Shown here: one piece after another, positions 25,007 to 36,483 of the stretch
Numbering within the stretch: the stretch's first letter is position 1
Layout: each line of letters begins with the position of its first letter
Assembly (NCBI GenBank): GCA_043228905.1
Contig: JBHGNT010000012.1
Coordinates: forward strand, 16,244,001-16,308,000
Direction of reading: 5' to 3'
From: Azolla caroliniana
Taxonomy: Eukaryota > Plantae > Polypodiophyta
Length of the DNA: 64,000 nucleotides
Position numbers and translations under genes: made by a program
The notes under the pieces: model-generated
Told to the model about the DNA's origin: nothing
Seen by the model: the letters and a program-made list of their open reading frames with translations, nothing else
Databases searched by the model: none

Positions 25007-25395
25007 TTTTTTTTTTTTCCTAAAAAAACACTACTTCCCATTAGTTAGCAAACGAAGTACATCAAAGTTCAGCCATAATCAACAAAACTCACACTACTCC
25101 ACACAAAACTAAGCATAATCCCCACCCTGCTATTTACAACAAAAGTATCCCGCTAGATCTTTTTACATGGTAACCACATAATTACATCTTCTGTCCACTA
25201 ATGGAAGCCAATGACGAAAACAGCCATCTCGGTGCTTGGTAGTTCCATTTAGGCCCTAACGTTGAATTTACCATCATAGGAGAACGACCCCATTTCAACA
25301 AAAACTTTGACCGAGCCTTTTCTGCTTCATCCGAGTTCCCTTCAATTGAGGGAGTTAGTAAATGAATAACTTTCCTTGTGAGCATGCTCATTGTG
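25007..25395 (-). mobile_element. LINE 3' remnant
   Basis: KWGRSPMMVNSTLGPKWNYQAPRWLF is homologous to the C-terminus of ORF 29913-30716; T-run at 25007-25018 fits a poly(A) tail. Confidence 0.7.
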
Positions 25396-26235
25396 ATTGA
25401 AAGAGAAATATGTGTTGAGATTGGTCTAAACCTAAATTATGAGGAAATCAATCTTCAACTCTATCAATCAGTGTTAGTGTGACGCTCATACTTGCAAACT
25501 TGTTCCAAGAAAAACATGTATATTTTATGAGTTAGGCATGTTATTGCCCCCATGTCCTATTTCACATTAAAGACGGTGTGCTCTAATTAATAGGAAAGTG
25601 GGGGTCCTTAATTTTTTATGCATATGTCATGTTTGTCAAACAACCAAATTACTTCCTCTCTAGGTTGGTATAAGTTGTCTCCATGTGGCATATGGAATCT
25701 CTCTCTTTGTCTCATAGTTGGTCCTCGAAAATGTCAAAAGTTTGACACTTTCATCTTGAGTGTCTTATATTCATGATTGAATAACATGTTTGGCTTATTC
25801 TAAGGTCAATTGGACATTATATACAACACGCTATTCTTTCTCCTAAATATTTGGGTGTCAGGAGTAAGGCTCACCGCAAAAAACTTGTAAAGTATTCGAA
25901 TTCCTTTGAAACATGTATGAAAGAAGTCCCCTTAATCAACGGCCTTACTAATTCATCCAATAAAAATGTTGACTTCGATGATTCTAACGTGCAAAGTTTA
26001 AGATCAATAGGTTCTCACAAAGGATCAAGTGACAACAGATAAGTTCCGCGTATCCTATCAAGCTTTGACACAAACAAAAAATTAAAAGCAAAAATGAATC
26101 AAACAAAGAAACAAAGACATGTACATCAATCTATGATGAGTACATATTTTTTTAAATATACATATATTTTAAAGTAATAGGTTGACCTTGGTGCATATGC
26201 ATATTATGAAGCATATATGTGTATATATATGTATG

Positions 26236-26247
26236 CCTATATATACA
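26236..26247 (+). promoter_or_regulatory. Putative TATA box of the dirigent gene
   Basis: CCTATATATACA about 210 nt upstream of the ATG. Confidence 0.5.
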
Positions 26248-26319
26248 AAAGCATATAGCTTGCTAAGAAGGGAAGAAGAAAGAAGAACAAATTTAAGAGT
26301 TTCAATAAGATCACCACAA

Positions 26320-26346
26320 TCTCTCTCTCATTCTGCATCTCTCTCA

Positions 26347-26426
<80 letters not shown>
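26320..26426. repeat. Compound (CT)n(CA)n microsatellite in the probable 5' UTR
   Basis: Directly visible; ends about 24 nt before the ATG. Confidence 0.95.
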
Positions 26427-26429
<3 letters not shown>

Positions 26430-26450
26430 CTCATATATCAATCAAAGTTC

Positions 26451-27026
26451 ATGGCTATCATGACATCTTGCATGATATTCATGGCATTGTTCATGATGGC
26501 CCCGCTCGGGTCAGTCGTAGATGTCGTGGAAGCGAAGAGCAAACCAGACCTTGTCCTCACTTATTACCTCCTACAACAAGTAGGCGTGAACGAGTTCGCA
26601 ACCGTCCAAGCGGCGGTGCCTCCCGTGAATGGTAGCCTCACGGGCTTCGGCCTTCAAGTCGTGTACGACTATCCCATCACCGCAACACCACCATCCACCG
26701 GGGGCAACACTTCGGTGCAAGTCATTGGCTTCGTCCGTGGAACGTCCGTGGTCGTGCACAATGTCCCGGGGTCCACGGTGTTCGCGGTGTCCAACGTTGT
26801 GCACTATGACGGAGACACCAAGAAGAAGGGACCGAGCGGGACGTTCGCGCAACAAGGCGAGGCCTCCTTCTCGAGTGGGAAGCCTTGGGAGTACGCGATC
26901 GTCGGGGGTACCGGTGATTTCCGAGGAGCGCATGGGTATAACGTTGGGAGTGTTATCTCGGTCACCCGACCCTCGAGTGGAGCCCCCATAATTGTCACCT
27001 CCTATAATGCCAGCATTTGGTTCTAA
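26451..27026 (+). CDS. Dirigent/dirigent-like protein, secreted, intronless, 191 aa
   Basis: Hydrophobic N-terminal signal peptide; dirigent motifs FGLQVVYDYPIT, VIGFVRG, EYAIVGGTGDFRGAHGY; intact GC-richer ORF in an AT-rich context; N-glycosylation sequons NGS, NTS, NAS. Confidence 0.92.
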   Translation: MAIMTSCMIFMALFMMAPLGSVVDVVEAKSKPDLVLTYYLLQQVGVNEFATVQAAVPPVNGSLTGFGLQVVYDYPITATPPSTGGNTSVQVIGFVRGTSVVVHNVPGSTVFAVSNVVHYDGDTKKKGPSGTFAQQGEASFSSGKPWEYAIVGGTGDFRGAHGYNVGSVISVTRPSSGAPIIVTSYNASIWF

Positions 27027-27259
27027 AACTTATATGGTTGCAAAAAAACTTTTGATGGACCCCTTTGGAACATACAACCAACAAGCCTTTTCTTAACACT
27101 TCCATAAGCATGAATAAATTTAGCACATCAAAATTAGCCCATCATATACCCCCCCCACCCCCTTATATCAATACAATTAAGCCAAAATTATGGAGTAATA
27201 ACAAAAGCATGTATAACATGATGTACATTTCCCATCAATATATTTTATAGATGTGCTTC

Positions 27260-27618
27260 CATTGTTGTAGAATACTTAGCATACAATACGTGTAGAATAC
27301 ATATGCCAAGTATTCAAACATTTTTTTTAAAATACTTAGAATACATACTTTACAAATAAAATACGTGAAATACTTAGAATACGTGTAGAATACTTTAAAT
27401 ACTTCTTAAAATTTAAGGCTTTTTTTCAAACAAAATAATAATAATTTTTAACTTTTTCAAAATGTTAAATACTTGTTAAATATGTAGAATATGTCAAATT
27501 CATAGAATACGTGAAAAGTTAAAAAATTGTAGTTCTAAAATGTAGAATACATCTAGAATACTTTAGAGTATTCTAAAACATATTCAAAACGTAGAATACG
27601 TGTTTTTTAACAACTATG
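27260..27618. mobile_element. hAT-type MITE
   Basis: 8-bp TSD TGTGCTTC (27252-27259, 27619-27626); imperfect TIRs CATTGTTG..CAACTATG; many internal AGAATAC motifs. Confidence 0.8.
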
Positions 27619-28247
27619 TGTGCTTCATTAAAATACATTTAAAGAAGAGGTGAAATATGTCCAAACATCTTTTAAAATTGTAGCATTGCTCTATCTTCCC
27701 AATCTTATATTTATTTTATTGTCAAAGAGCAATACCACATTGTCCAAGTTAATATGTATATTTAATTTGCATCGTTTTTTCCGTATGAATAATTCGTAAT
27801 CTCCATTGCCTTCGAAACACTTAAACCACTATTGTTGTAAGACCTTCACTAATGGCTAAGAACTTAATTAGGATGTTGACATGTGAATGATCTCTATGTT
27901 TTTCTCGAGTTAATTTGGCAATTAATTGTTTCAAGTTCACAAGAATAGTTACGCATGCCAATGTTCATGTTAGATTGTTAAATTATGTGCGACATAAATT
28001 TACATGGTATTAATGAAACCCTTTGTTAGATATAAACAACGTCATACTTTTCCAATACCTAAGGAACATTCATTAAGGTTTTGGAATTTGTTCCCAAGTT
28101 ATATCCATAAAGTGTACACAACTTCAGAGTCTAAGACTATTGGATAATATTGAATAGGAAAAGGTACGATTTGGTTCATGAATGTTGTTCACACTATGTT
28201 TTGTAATAGGCCTAAGGTATAGAGGGATGATCTCACACAAAACCAAA

Positions 28248-28546
28248 TGGCCCGAGGTGGAACAACCAGCCCCCACGCTGGTTGTTTCCTACTCACCTGC
28301 CACCCTCCCTTTGTTGTAGGCCCCAAGAGTTGGCTTGTACTAGCCAACACTGAAGGGCACCGCTTTTAGCTATAGGTATCTACTTACATTAAGTAGCCAG
28401 TCTGAAAGGCTATGTAAGTAGTCTCATTTTCTTGAACTTGATCAGAGGGAGATTCCCCGATTTGTGTATAAGCGTCCTTGTACAGTCTCTTTGTAATAAT
28501 CCTTCCTAACTAATGGGAAAGTAGCTTCATTTTGGGGAAAAAAAAA
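28248..28546 (+). mobile_element. 5'-truncated LINE 3' end
   Basis: Near copy of 30611-30905, ending in an A-tail. Confidence 0.85.
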
Positions 28547-29794
28547 CAAATCTTAAAAGTTCCATTTTCTTGTACCATACTTCAATGTTGTTAAACAACT
28601 AGATATTTTTATGCTAGGAAAGTACATTCGAAAATGACTTGCAAAATGAGCGTTGTCCATCATTGAAAGGTAGGCCCATTTTTCTTTCGAATAAACAACT
28701 AGTTCATATTGATGTTGGGAAAGTTCATTCAATGTCATGACTTATCAAATGATGCAAAATGACTGTTGTTTGAAGTTTGAACTACAAAAACGATGTTGGA
28801 TCTTATGTGACATTGTATTAGAAAATTGACTATAATGTCTTATATATCATCAATGTTGCATCGTTTCTAATAAATTAAGAACTAACAACTTCCCCCCTTC
28901 CCCCAAATTGGCCAAAGTTTGTATCAATCTTGCAACTTTTATGTTAACAATAGAAAGTTTTTACTTCCTAATTAGCTTAGAAACATATATATCCTATTGC
29001 TATAACAAAAGCCATGGTAAGATCTTAGAGCACATAATGGTAATGGTGTGCTTGGGTTCGGGTGTTTCACATTATGTGCCATTGTCACCATGATGTCAAT
29101 GGCTGCCACTTGATCAGAAAATATGTCATAATTGGCACTTTGATCATCATTAGGAGAAATAACTAGGTACAGGCTTTCACATAATCATAAACATTCAACA
29201 TTAACCAACTTTAACGACATAATATTCAACCCCTTTTTCTCTTGTTTTGAGTTATCTAGTTGGCCCCCCTTAACATTTCACGCCATGAGCGGATTTCCAT
29301 GACATTCCTCTAGGATATCATACTCTTGCGTTCAATAGGTTTATATTGCCAATATATGGAGCCTAGATAAACAAACTTGCCCCTAACTCCTAGGCTTTGA
29401 GGTGAGCTAATATTAGCTCTATAGTGAAGAGGCGAGTTAGATATCCACCTTATTACTTTGTATGGGTGTTGTATGCTATGTGTTGAGGTTTTTAGATTTT
29501 ACTAGGGACAACTTGTTGCTTTGTACGTGTGTTCTATGCTATATGTGCAATATGTCTACGAATATGTGTTGTCAAAGAAATTGTGTGCACACCTCTATCA
29601 TGATAAGCTTCTTGATGCAACACTGATCTTACTAGGGACAATAAAACTTTCTCACTCTTGAGGGTTGTTGGTGATATGAAGAACATCCACATCACTATGA
29701 ACATAAGTGAAAATTCCTTATGAAAGCAAGGTATGAAGAAATGGTTTGGAAAATGTAGTGCATTACAATTGCTTTTTAATGCCACAATAGATTC

Positions 29795-30905
29795 CTTTGT
29801 GGACGAGGCCTTTTTACAATGCTAGTGTACCTCAACTTGGGAGAAATATGGAGGCTCATGTTTTAGAACTGCAAAACCACTTGGGTCGGACTTTGCAGCT
29901 GCAGCTGGGCAGTTGGGCAGCCCCCTTCGCAATGGCTGGCGAACATTGGGCGTCCCCAATGAGGCGCTCATTACCTTTTGGAAAGGTCTCTGGCACCTCC
30001 ACATGCCTGAAAAGATCAAGCTCTTTTGGTGGCAGATCGGTCACAATGTGGTGCCCGTTGGTGAATGGCTAGGTAAACGCGGCGGCCCGTTAGGCTGCCC
30101 ACTGTGCTCTCGACCTATTGAGACTCTGAGACATTGTCTGTGGGATTGCCCTCAAGCTCAAAAGATCTGGGATAGAGTGACTCGCCTCCTTGCGGCATGT
30201 GAAGTTGAAGGAACAACCTCGTGGAGCGCTGCGGCATGGATTGGTCACTCGGTCGAAGGGTGGACGGACACCGTCAATGCGGATAGTTGGTGCTATGTAT
30301 GCACGAGAGGCAAAATCGTCAAGATCCGTTTCGAAAGAGGCTTGCAGCCCGCATCCCCTAGGTTTCCAGAAATCTGGATGCTGATTGCAAGTTTCACCTT
30401 GTGGTACATATGGAAAGCGCGTTGCCTCAAGGTTTTCCAAGGTACGGTACGGCCCCCAGAGGAAGTGATCATGGACATATGGTTCGCGATTATCAGCTGC
30501 CTACGAGGGCAACTGGAAGAGATTTGCAGCCACTCCAACGACGTGATCTCTGCCCGGTTGCGCTTTTGGCAGAAATGGAGGAACACACCTATGGTGATGC
30601 AAGGTGAGAGTGGCCCGAGGTGGAATTACCAGCCCCCACGCTGGTTGTTTCCTACTCACCTGCCACCCTCTCTTCATTGTAGGCCCCAAGAGCCGACTCG
30701 TACTAGGCAACATTGAAGGCCCTCACCTTAGATATAGGTAGCTTCTTACATTAAGTTAGGCCGCAAGGCTTTGTAAGTAGGCTGATCTTCTTTTACTTGA
30801 TCGGAGGTAGACTCCCCGATGTGTGTATAAGTCTCCTTGTAGACTTTCTATGTAATAATCCTTCCTAACTAATGGAAAAGTAGCTTCATTTTGGAAAAAA
30901 AAAAG
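29795..30905 (+). mobile_element. 5'-truncated L1-type LINE (ORF2 C-terminus, 3' UTR, poly(A))
   Basis: ORF 29913-30716 has the zf-RVT signature (KIKLFWW..CPLC..ETLRHCLWDC..WYIWKARC); A-tail at 30895-30905. Confidence 0.85.
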
Positions 30906-33900
30906 AACTGCAAAACCATGTTTGCTGCTAGATGAGTAGATCACTACCACCCACACATATTGGCAAGGTGTGTCCCTTTATCCACCGTCCACTCTATTGC
31001 TTCCATACAACTTAGTTGTGACATTCTCGTTCATGTGATGTGAAAAGTAGGGGCACATGCAAGTAGGCTTGTTCACTGTGCATTTTTTGCACAAACCTAG
31101 TTTATTAGTCTATTACACATAACTTGAAGGTCCACATACAATCACATTTGAGTGTGCTTTCTACGTTGTTAGTTCAAATCCATCCCCATACACATTTCTC
31201 TTACAATCAAAATGTGCACTCTCAATATTCATCAGTAAAATCCTTGAATGTAAATCCTTGAATGTTGAGGGTCCCTAAACTCCATACATGTTGCATGAAA
31301 GTATATCACGGTTCCACATGTCATATTTGACTTTGAAGGGAGATAATAAAAATATCTCTATCTATCGTATATTTAACCTAAATATTGTCAAAGTTGGCCC
31401 TCGAATTTGTGTGGCTTTTTCTAAGTTCAGTTATTCCTTTTTGATAGGTCATTCGAGAGAATGATTCATTTCGTCTCATTAATCTATGTGTTTTCCCTAC
31501 AAAAGTTTATATCCCTTAAATTATATGTAATGAAGTTTATGAAACATGGGTGTTCCTAGTTAATCAATTTTTTTTTTTCACGTTGCTGCTTCCACTTTTT
31601 AATTAATGTTTGACAAACTTACTAATTGACTGAGAATTGAGATAGACAACGATGGTGGTTGGTTTATTTCATGAAACCGATCCTTTAGAAACTAATTCGC
31701 AACTATTGAGAGAATAAACATTGTTGATTCTTTTGAATGTGGAAGATGTGCAAGACAATGTTTTAATAGATTTTAAATCTTTAAGTTTCTAAAAAGTTCT
31801 CGTTTATTGTTGGGGGTGGGGGTGGGGGTGGGGGGAGGTCGTGCACATACAATACATAACAATAATGATATGAGTATTGACACTAAAAAAATCACTACAT
31901 AGAAGCACTTCCAACTAGGCCGTTATACAAAAGCCAACTTGCAAAAACACATTTGGGTGAGCTTTTGTCTATTGAGAGGAAGGATAACAAATTGATAAGC
32001 ATAAAATGTGCAAAATTTAGTCATCTTTTAGGTTCCACATCATGTAAGATAACAAGTTGAGAAAATTATTTGGAGTGTTCCAAAATTGAGAGTGGCTTGG
32101 ATCATCATGATTTCTAGAAAAATGATTATAAAAAATAAACAACGTGCTATCCAAATCTATAGACTATTTCCAAACTACCTAATATAGACATATATGCAAG
32201 GGAAATGAATTGTGACATAATTTTAAGTTGAGTGAATCTCAAATCCAAACCATTCATGCACTCTTTCTCCACTCTCGGTTCCATTTTCAAAGTAACATTT
32301 TTGTGTTTGTGTGTGTATGCTTGTATGTTGATTTGATACTTTAGATCTCCATGTTATAGTCTCACTCTCTTTCTCCACCCAAGAATTTAGATATGGCATC
32401 GTTTGCTATAAGGATCAAAATAAAGCTCCTCGCAATGATAGCAATGTGCACATTGGTATAGCATGTAATGGAGGGTCATACAAAATTAGTAAGAGAAAGA
32501 AAAGAAAACCAACCTCAAATTGTCTTATTTCCTACTACAAGTCAACATCAATGAATTTGTCTCTGCCTTTGAAGCCCCCCACCTGTAAATGGTACCTCCA
32601 CTGGTCATCAAGATCTTTTTGAAATAATTACTTGATGATAGCCATTGATATCTTTCGTAACCCAAATATTTGATTTCATGACGTCAACTATTTGTCTAAA
32701 TAACTTGATATCCATTTTTGTAGCATTGATTTGATTCATCGATATTTTTTTGTAGTTAACAAATGCAATGGATTATTGTCCCTAAGAAAATAAAAAACCC
32801 ATTATTATTTATTGTAAGCTTAATGGGGAATGGTTGTATTTAGATTTCCTAAAGATTTTGGATCACAAGCTACTAGATTATAATACGTCATAACCAAACA
32901 ATGCTACCTTTTTAAACTTTCATTTAAGTTATTATAAGTATCCATTCATGTCCATAATAGTAAGAACGAAAAGATTTCTATGCTAGTAGAATACTTATTA
33001 TTAGGATAAGCTTAGGATAAAAAGTGAGTCTATCCATGGCTTTCCACCATTTGGTGTTTTTCGTCGCTCCTGCATAGCTCTCCGGCTCACGCACTTCTGC
33101 TACCTTCTGCCACTTCTATGTATATTAGTTATTACGTGATTTCTATATCAAATGTTTCCTTTTCAGGGAAAGGATCTTGGTGGCTGTCCTCACATTTTAG
33201 GAGAATGGCGTAGTCATCATCCATTTTTCAACAATTTTTTTGTTGACATCCCTGTTGGTCACTTCAATTTCGTTCTGTAATGAAATGATCATAGCCACAA
33301 TGATGGTGAGAATGTAGGGCTTGGCCCACTTCATGTGAAGTCGCTCCTATGACACACATATCCAACATCCTTCCCTCATTACATGGATACGATGCAACCA
33401 TGAGATCATTCTTACGAAAGACATTCGTAATGACGTAACCATGTGATGGGCCACGTGGGCCTACTACGAAAAGAGGGCTCATTTGGCTTGACCATTAGGT
33501 TGCACTTTGGCGTATGCCATCGTAATTATGAGAATTGAGGTTAGGTAACGTACCAACATAGTTTGTGGTAAACGAGAGGGAAATAAGGACTCTTGACATA
33601 TATGTTTCTTTTAAAAAAAACATATATGGGCAAATGCCTCACTTATCACTAATACGCATAAAGCGTTAACCATTCAACATGAGCAACCTATTTGGTTAGC
33701 TCAAGTGTTTAATACATTTGTTCTTGAGGTCTTAAGTTCAAATATGATTAAGACCATACAACATTGTTGATACATATGACTATAATACATGTTTAGACTT
33801 TAGGTCTAAGTGCACTTCGGGGTCCTCGTAATAGGACTTAAAGAGCCGAAACCACATACATGGGCATAGAAACATAGTTTATTGTTAACATTTTTTTCGT

Positions 33901-36042
33901 GTATAAACTATTCATGACACGAACATACATGGTTGAGCCTTGGCGAGTCGCCATGAAAAAATCGATATAGAGATCAGGGAAAGACATTCATTTGTCATCC
34001 CCATGGTTTTTAAAACACCTTTCTGTTACAATAGTAACCTGATCTTGAACCTCATCTCATATGTCTAGAGGGGTATTGACGTGAGATCATGATATTGATT
34101 AATGTTGGCCCAAGATATGTTTACATCACGACATGATGTTATGACTATTTGTTTGACCTTATCCTATTTCTTTGCCAGAAATAATCATTCAATGGCTCAG
34201 AATAACGGCCCGATGTCATTCGCTCAAGCGGAAGGAACTCAAGGATATCCTCCTGGACCAATGTCCATTGAGTCATATTTTTTTATCGCGCATTAGATGT
34301 CCGAACTTCGGCAATCTCAAAGTGGTCTCGAGGCACGTGTCATTAGTGTACAACGTGAGACTAATAGACCCGATGAGCGTTAGGGTGAACCATCATTTGT
34401 CGTAAAGCGATTTACGGGAGAAAAAAAGGAAATAACTGAAGAAGCAATATGCACGTGGTTGGGCCGATGGGAGTCTCATTTCGAGCTCTATCCCACGCCA
34501 GTTAGTATGAAGATTGCATATGTCGGCTGAGAACTAGGGGGCAAGGCCACCGCCTCGTGGTGTGGGCTCCGAACTTTGGGAAAATTGCGTGATACTTGGA
34601 CAGATTTTGTCACAGTTTTCAAGGGCCAATTTCTACAACCTCCCTCTTGAACCGAGGCCACAGAAGCTTTAATGAAGCTCTCTAGCATGAAGTTTTCCTC
34701 ACTAGAAGACCATGCCCACCATGCTAGAACCCAAATCCAAAAATCAGGTCTAGAAGGGGACAATTGGTTAATAGCTTGTTTTGTCAATGGCATCCCCAAT
34801 TCGGACTATCACTTGATAGTGCATGATAAGGATCCAAAATCCTTTGAAGAGGCCGTTGAGATAGTTCTTCGCTATCAACGCACTTTGAAGAAGGACCATA
34901 ACAAACCCAATGAAGCGCACGGGACTAAGCAGTCGCAATTCACTGGGAAACGCAAGACACCCAATGAGTTCATGGATCGCGATTGTAAGCGACAACATCC
35001 TTTTTGCGTATTTTGCAAAAGAAGGGTCATACAAAAGAACAATGTCGAAAGCTCTAACGGAAAGAGTACAACAACAAAGCTAAAGTTGCAGACCATAAAG
35101 GTCAGATTCCTAATGTCCTTGAGGTCTATACACATAATTTAAGTAATTGTCAATGTTTTTTCCCTCACTATGTATTGGGACCCAATGATTTACTACGTGC
35201 AAACGGGTATATCAATGGATCTCCCTTACAATTTTTATTTGATTTGGAAAGCTCACACAATTTTGTGAATGTTTGTTCGAATCCAACAAACCATAAGTGA
35301 TCATACCTATAGGGTGCACTTGGCTGATGGGTGATTCATTCATTACGAATTTTTATGTAGAGGAAGTAGACTTCCATGTAATGAATCTTTGTACCACTGA
35401 TTTAATACTGGGTTATCCCTGGTTTTATAATAAAAACTCTTCTTTGTCTATTGATTGGGATCGTCGTTCCATTTCCTTTGTACTAAACGATTGTACTCAT
35501 TTTATTCAATGTGTAAATAAACAATCCCTTTCGATTGTTTCCTCTCCATCAATATCTGAGTTGTCTTGTTCTTCTTTATTTTATTGTGTACTTGATCTGA
35601 ACATTCATGTTTATAATATTGATAACGTGTCGGGTCAATTGACATATTTTGAACAACAACAACTCGATAAAATCTTAAATGATTTTCATGATGTTTTTCT
35701 GAGTGAAATACCACATGGGTTACCTCCTAAACGTAATATAGACCATCGTATAGATATTGTACCTGGCGTTGCACCAATAAATATACCTCCTTATCGCTTA
35801 AGTCAATCCAAAGAGGATGAGGTATCTAAGCAACTCAAGGACTATTTATGAATGGGTTATATACGTTATAGTAAATCTCCATGGGGTGCACTTGTTGTCT
35901 TGGTAAAAAAGAAAGAGGGCACATGGCGTATGTGTATTAATTACCGACGCTTGAGTAAAGTGACGATCAAGAATTCATATCCATTGCCCTGGGCTGACGA
36001 TCTAATTGACCGTCTCCAAGGAGCTCCGTATTTTACGAAACT

Positions 36043-36433
36043 TGTTGTCTGCCTGGCCGGACTAGCCTCAACACAGGTGTCTATCCGACACTTCTCCAAA
36101 GGGGTGGTAAGGATTGGATGCTAGGTTACACGCGTAAGATGATTACAATTAAGCACAGACGGTAAAACAATACAGAGATACAGATAAACACGCAATAATT
36201 CTATTTGTATTACTTCCGTCAAAGCCTTTACAAATCATCGGATCCTTTTATAGGCATCCGGCAAGGTTACAATCGATGCGCTTAGGCAACCGACATCCGA
36301 ATCGGTCCGGATCCGGATCGGTACAACTGTACCGGATCCGTCCCTCCGAATAATAATTCTACTATTATTTACTTCCTATTATCCGATCCGACTCCACCTT
36401 CTCACTTGTCCTTGCTCTTCTGACTGGTCAACA
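36043..36433 (-). repeat. 3' LTR of element 4
   Basis: Direct repeat of 45663-46053. Confidence 0.95.
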
Positions 36434-36483
36434 CATGGCACGCCCGTGGGAAAGTGCCTTGCACTTCGAATCCACTCCCGGCC
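36434..36483 (-). other. tRNA-3'-end-like motif at the PPT position
   Basis: Sense strand GAGTGGATTCGA-AGTGCAAGGCACT-TTCCCACGGGCGTGCCA-TG-[LTR]; no purine tract next to the LTR. Confidence 0.8.

Noticed and set aside
31811-31838. (GGGGGT)n G-quadruplex-forming tract
   Set aside because: Isolated simple repeat with no associated feature.
30910-33110. Possible additional host exons in AT-rich DNA (also 23100-25000, 27630-29790)
   Set aside because: No convincing ORFs, splice patterns or domains visible by eye.
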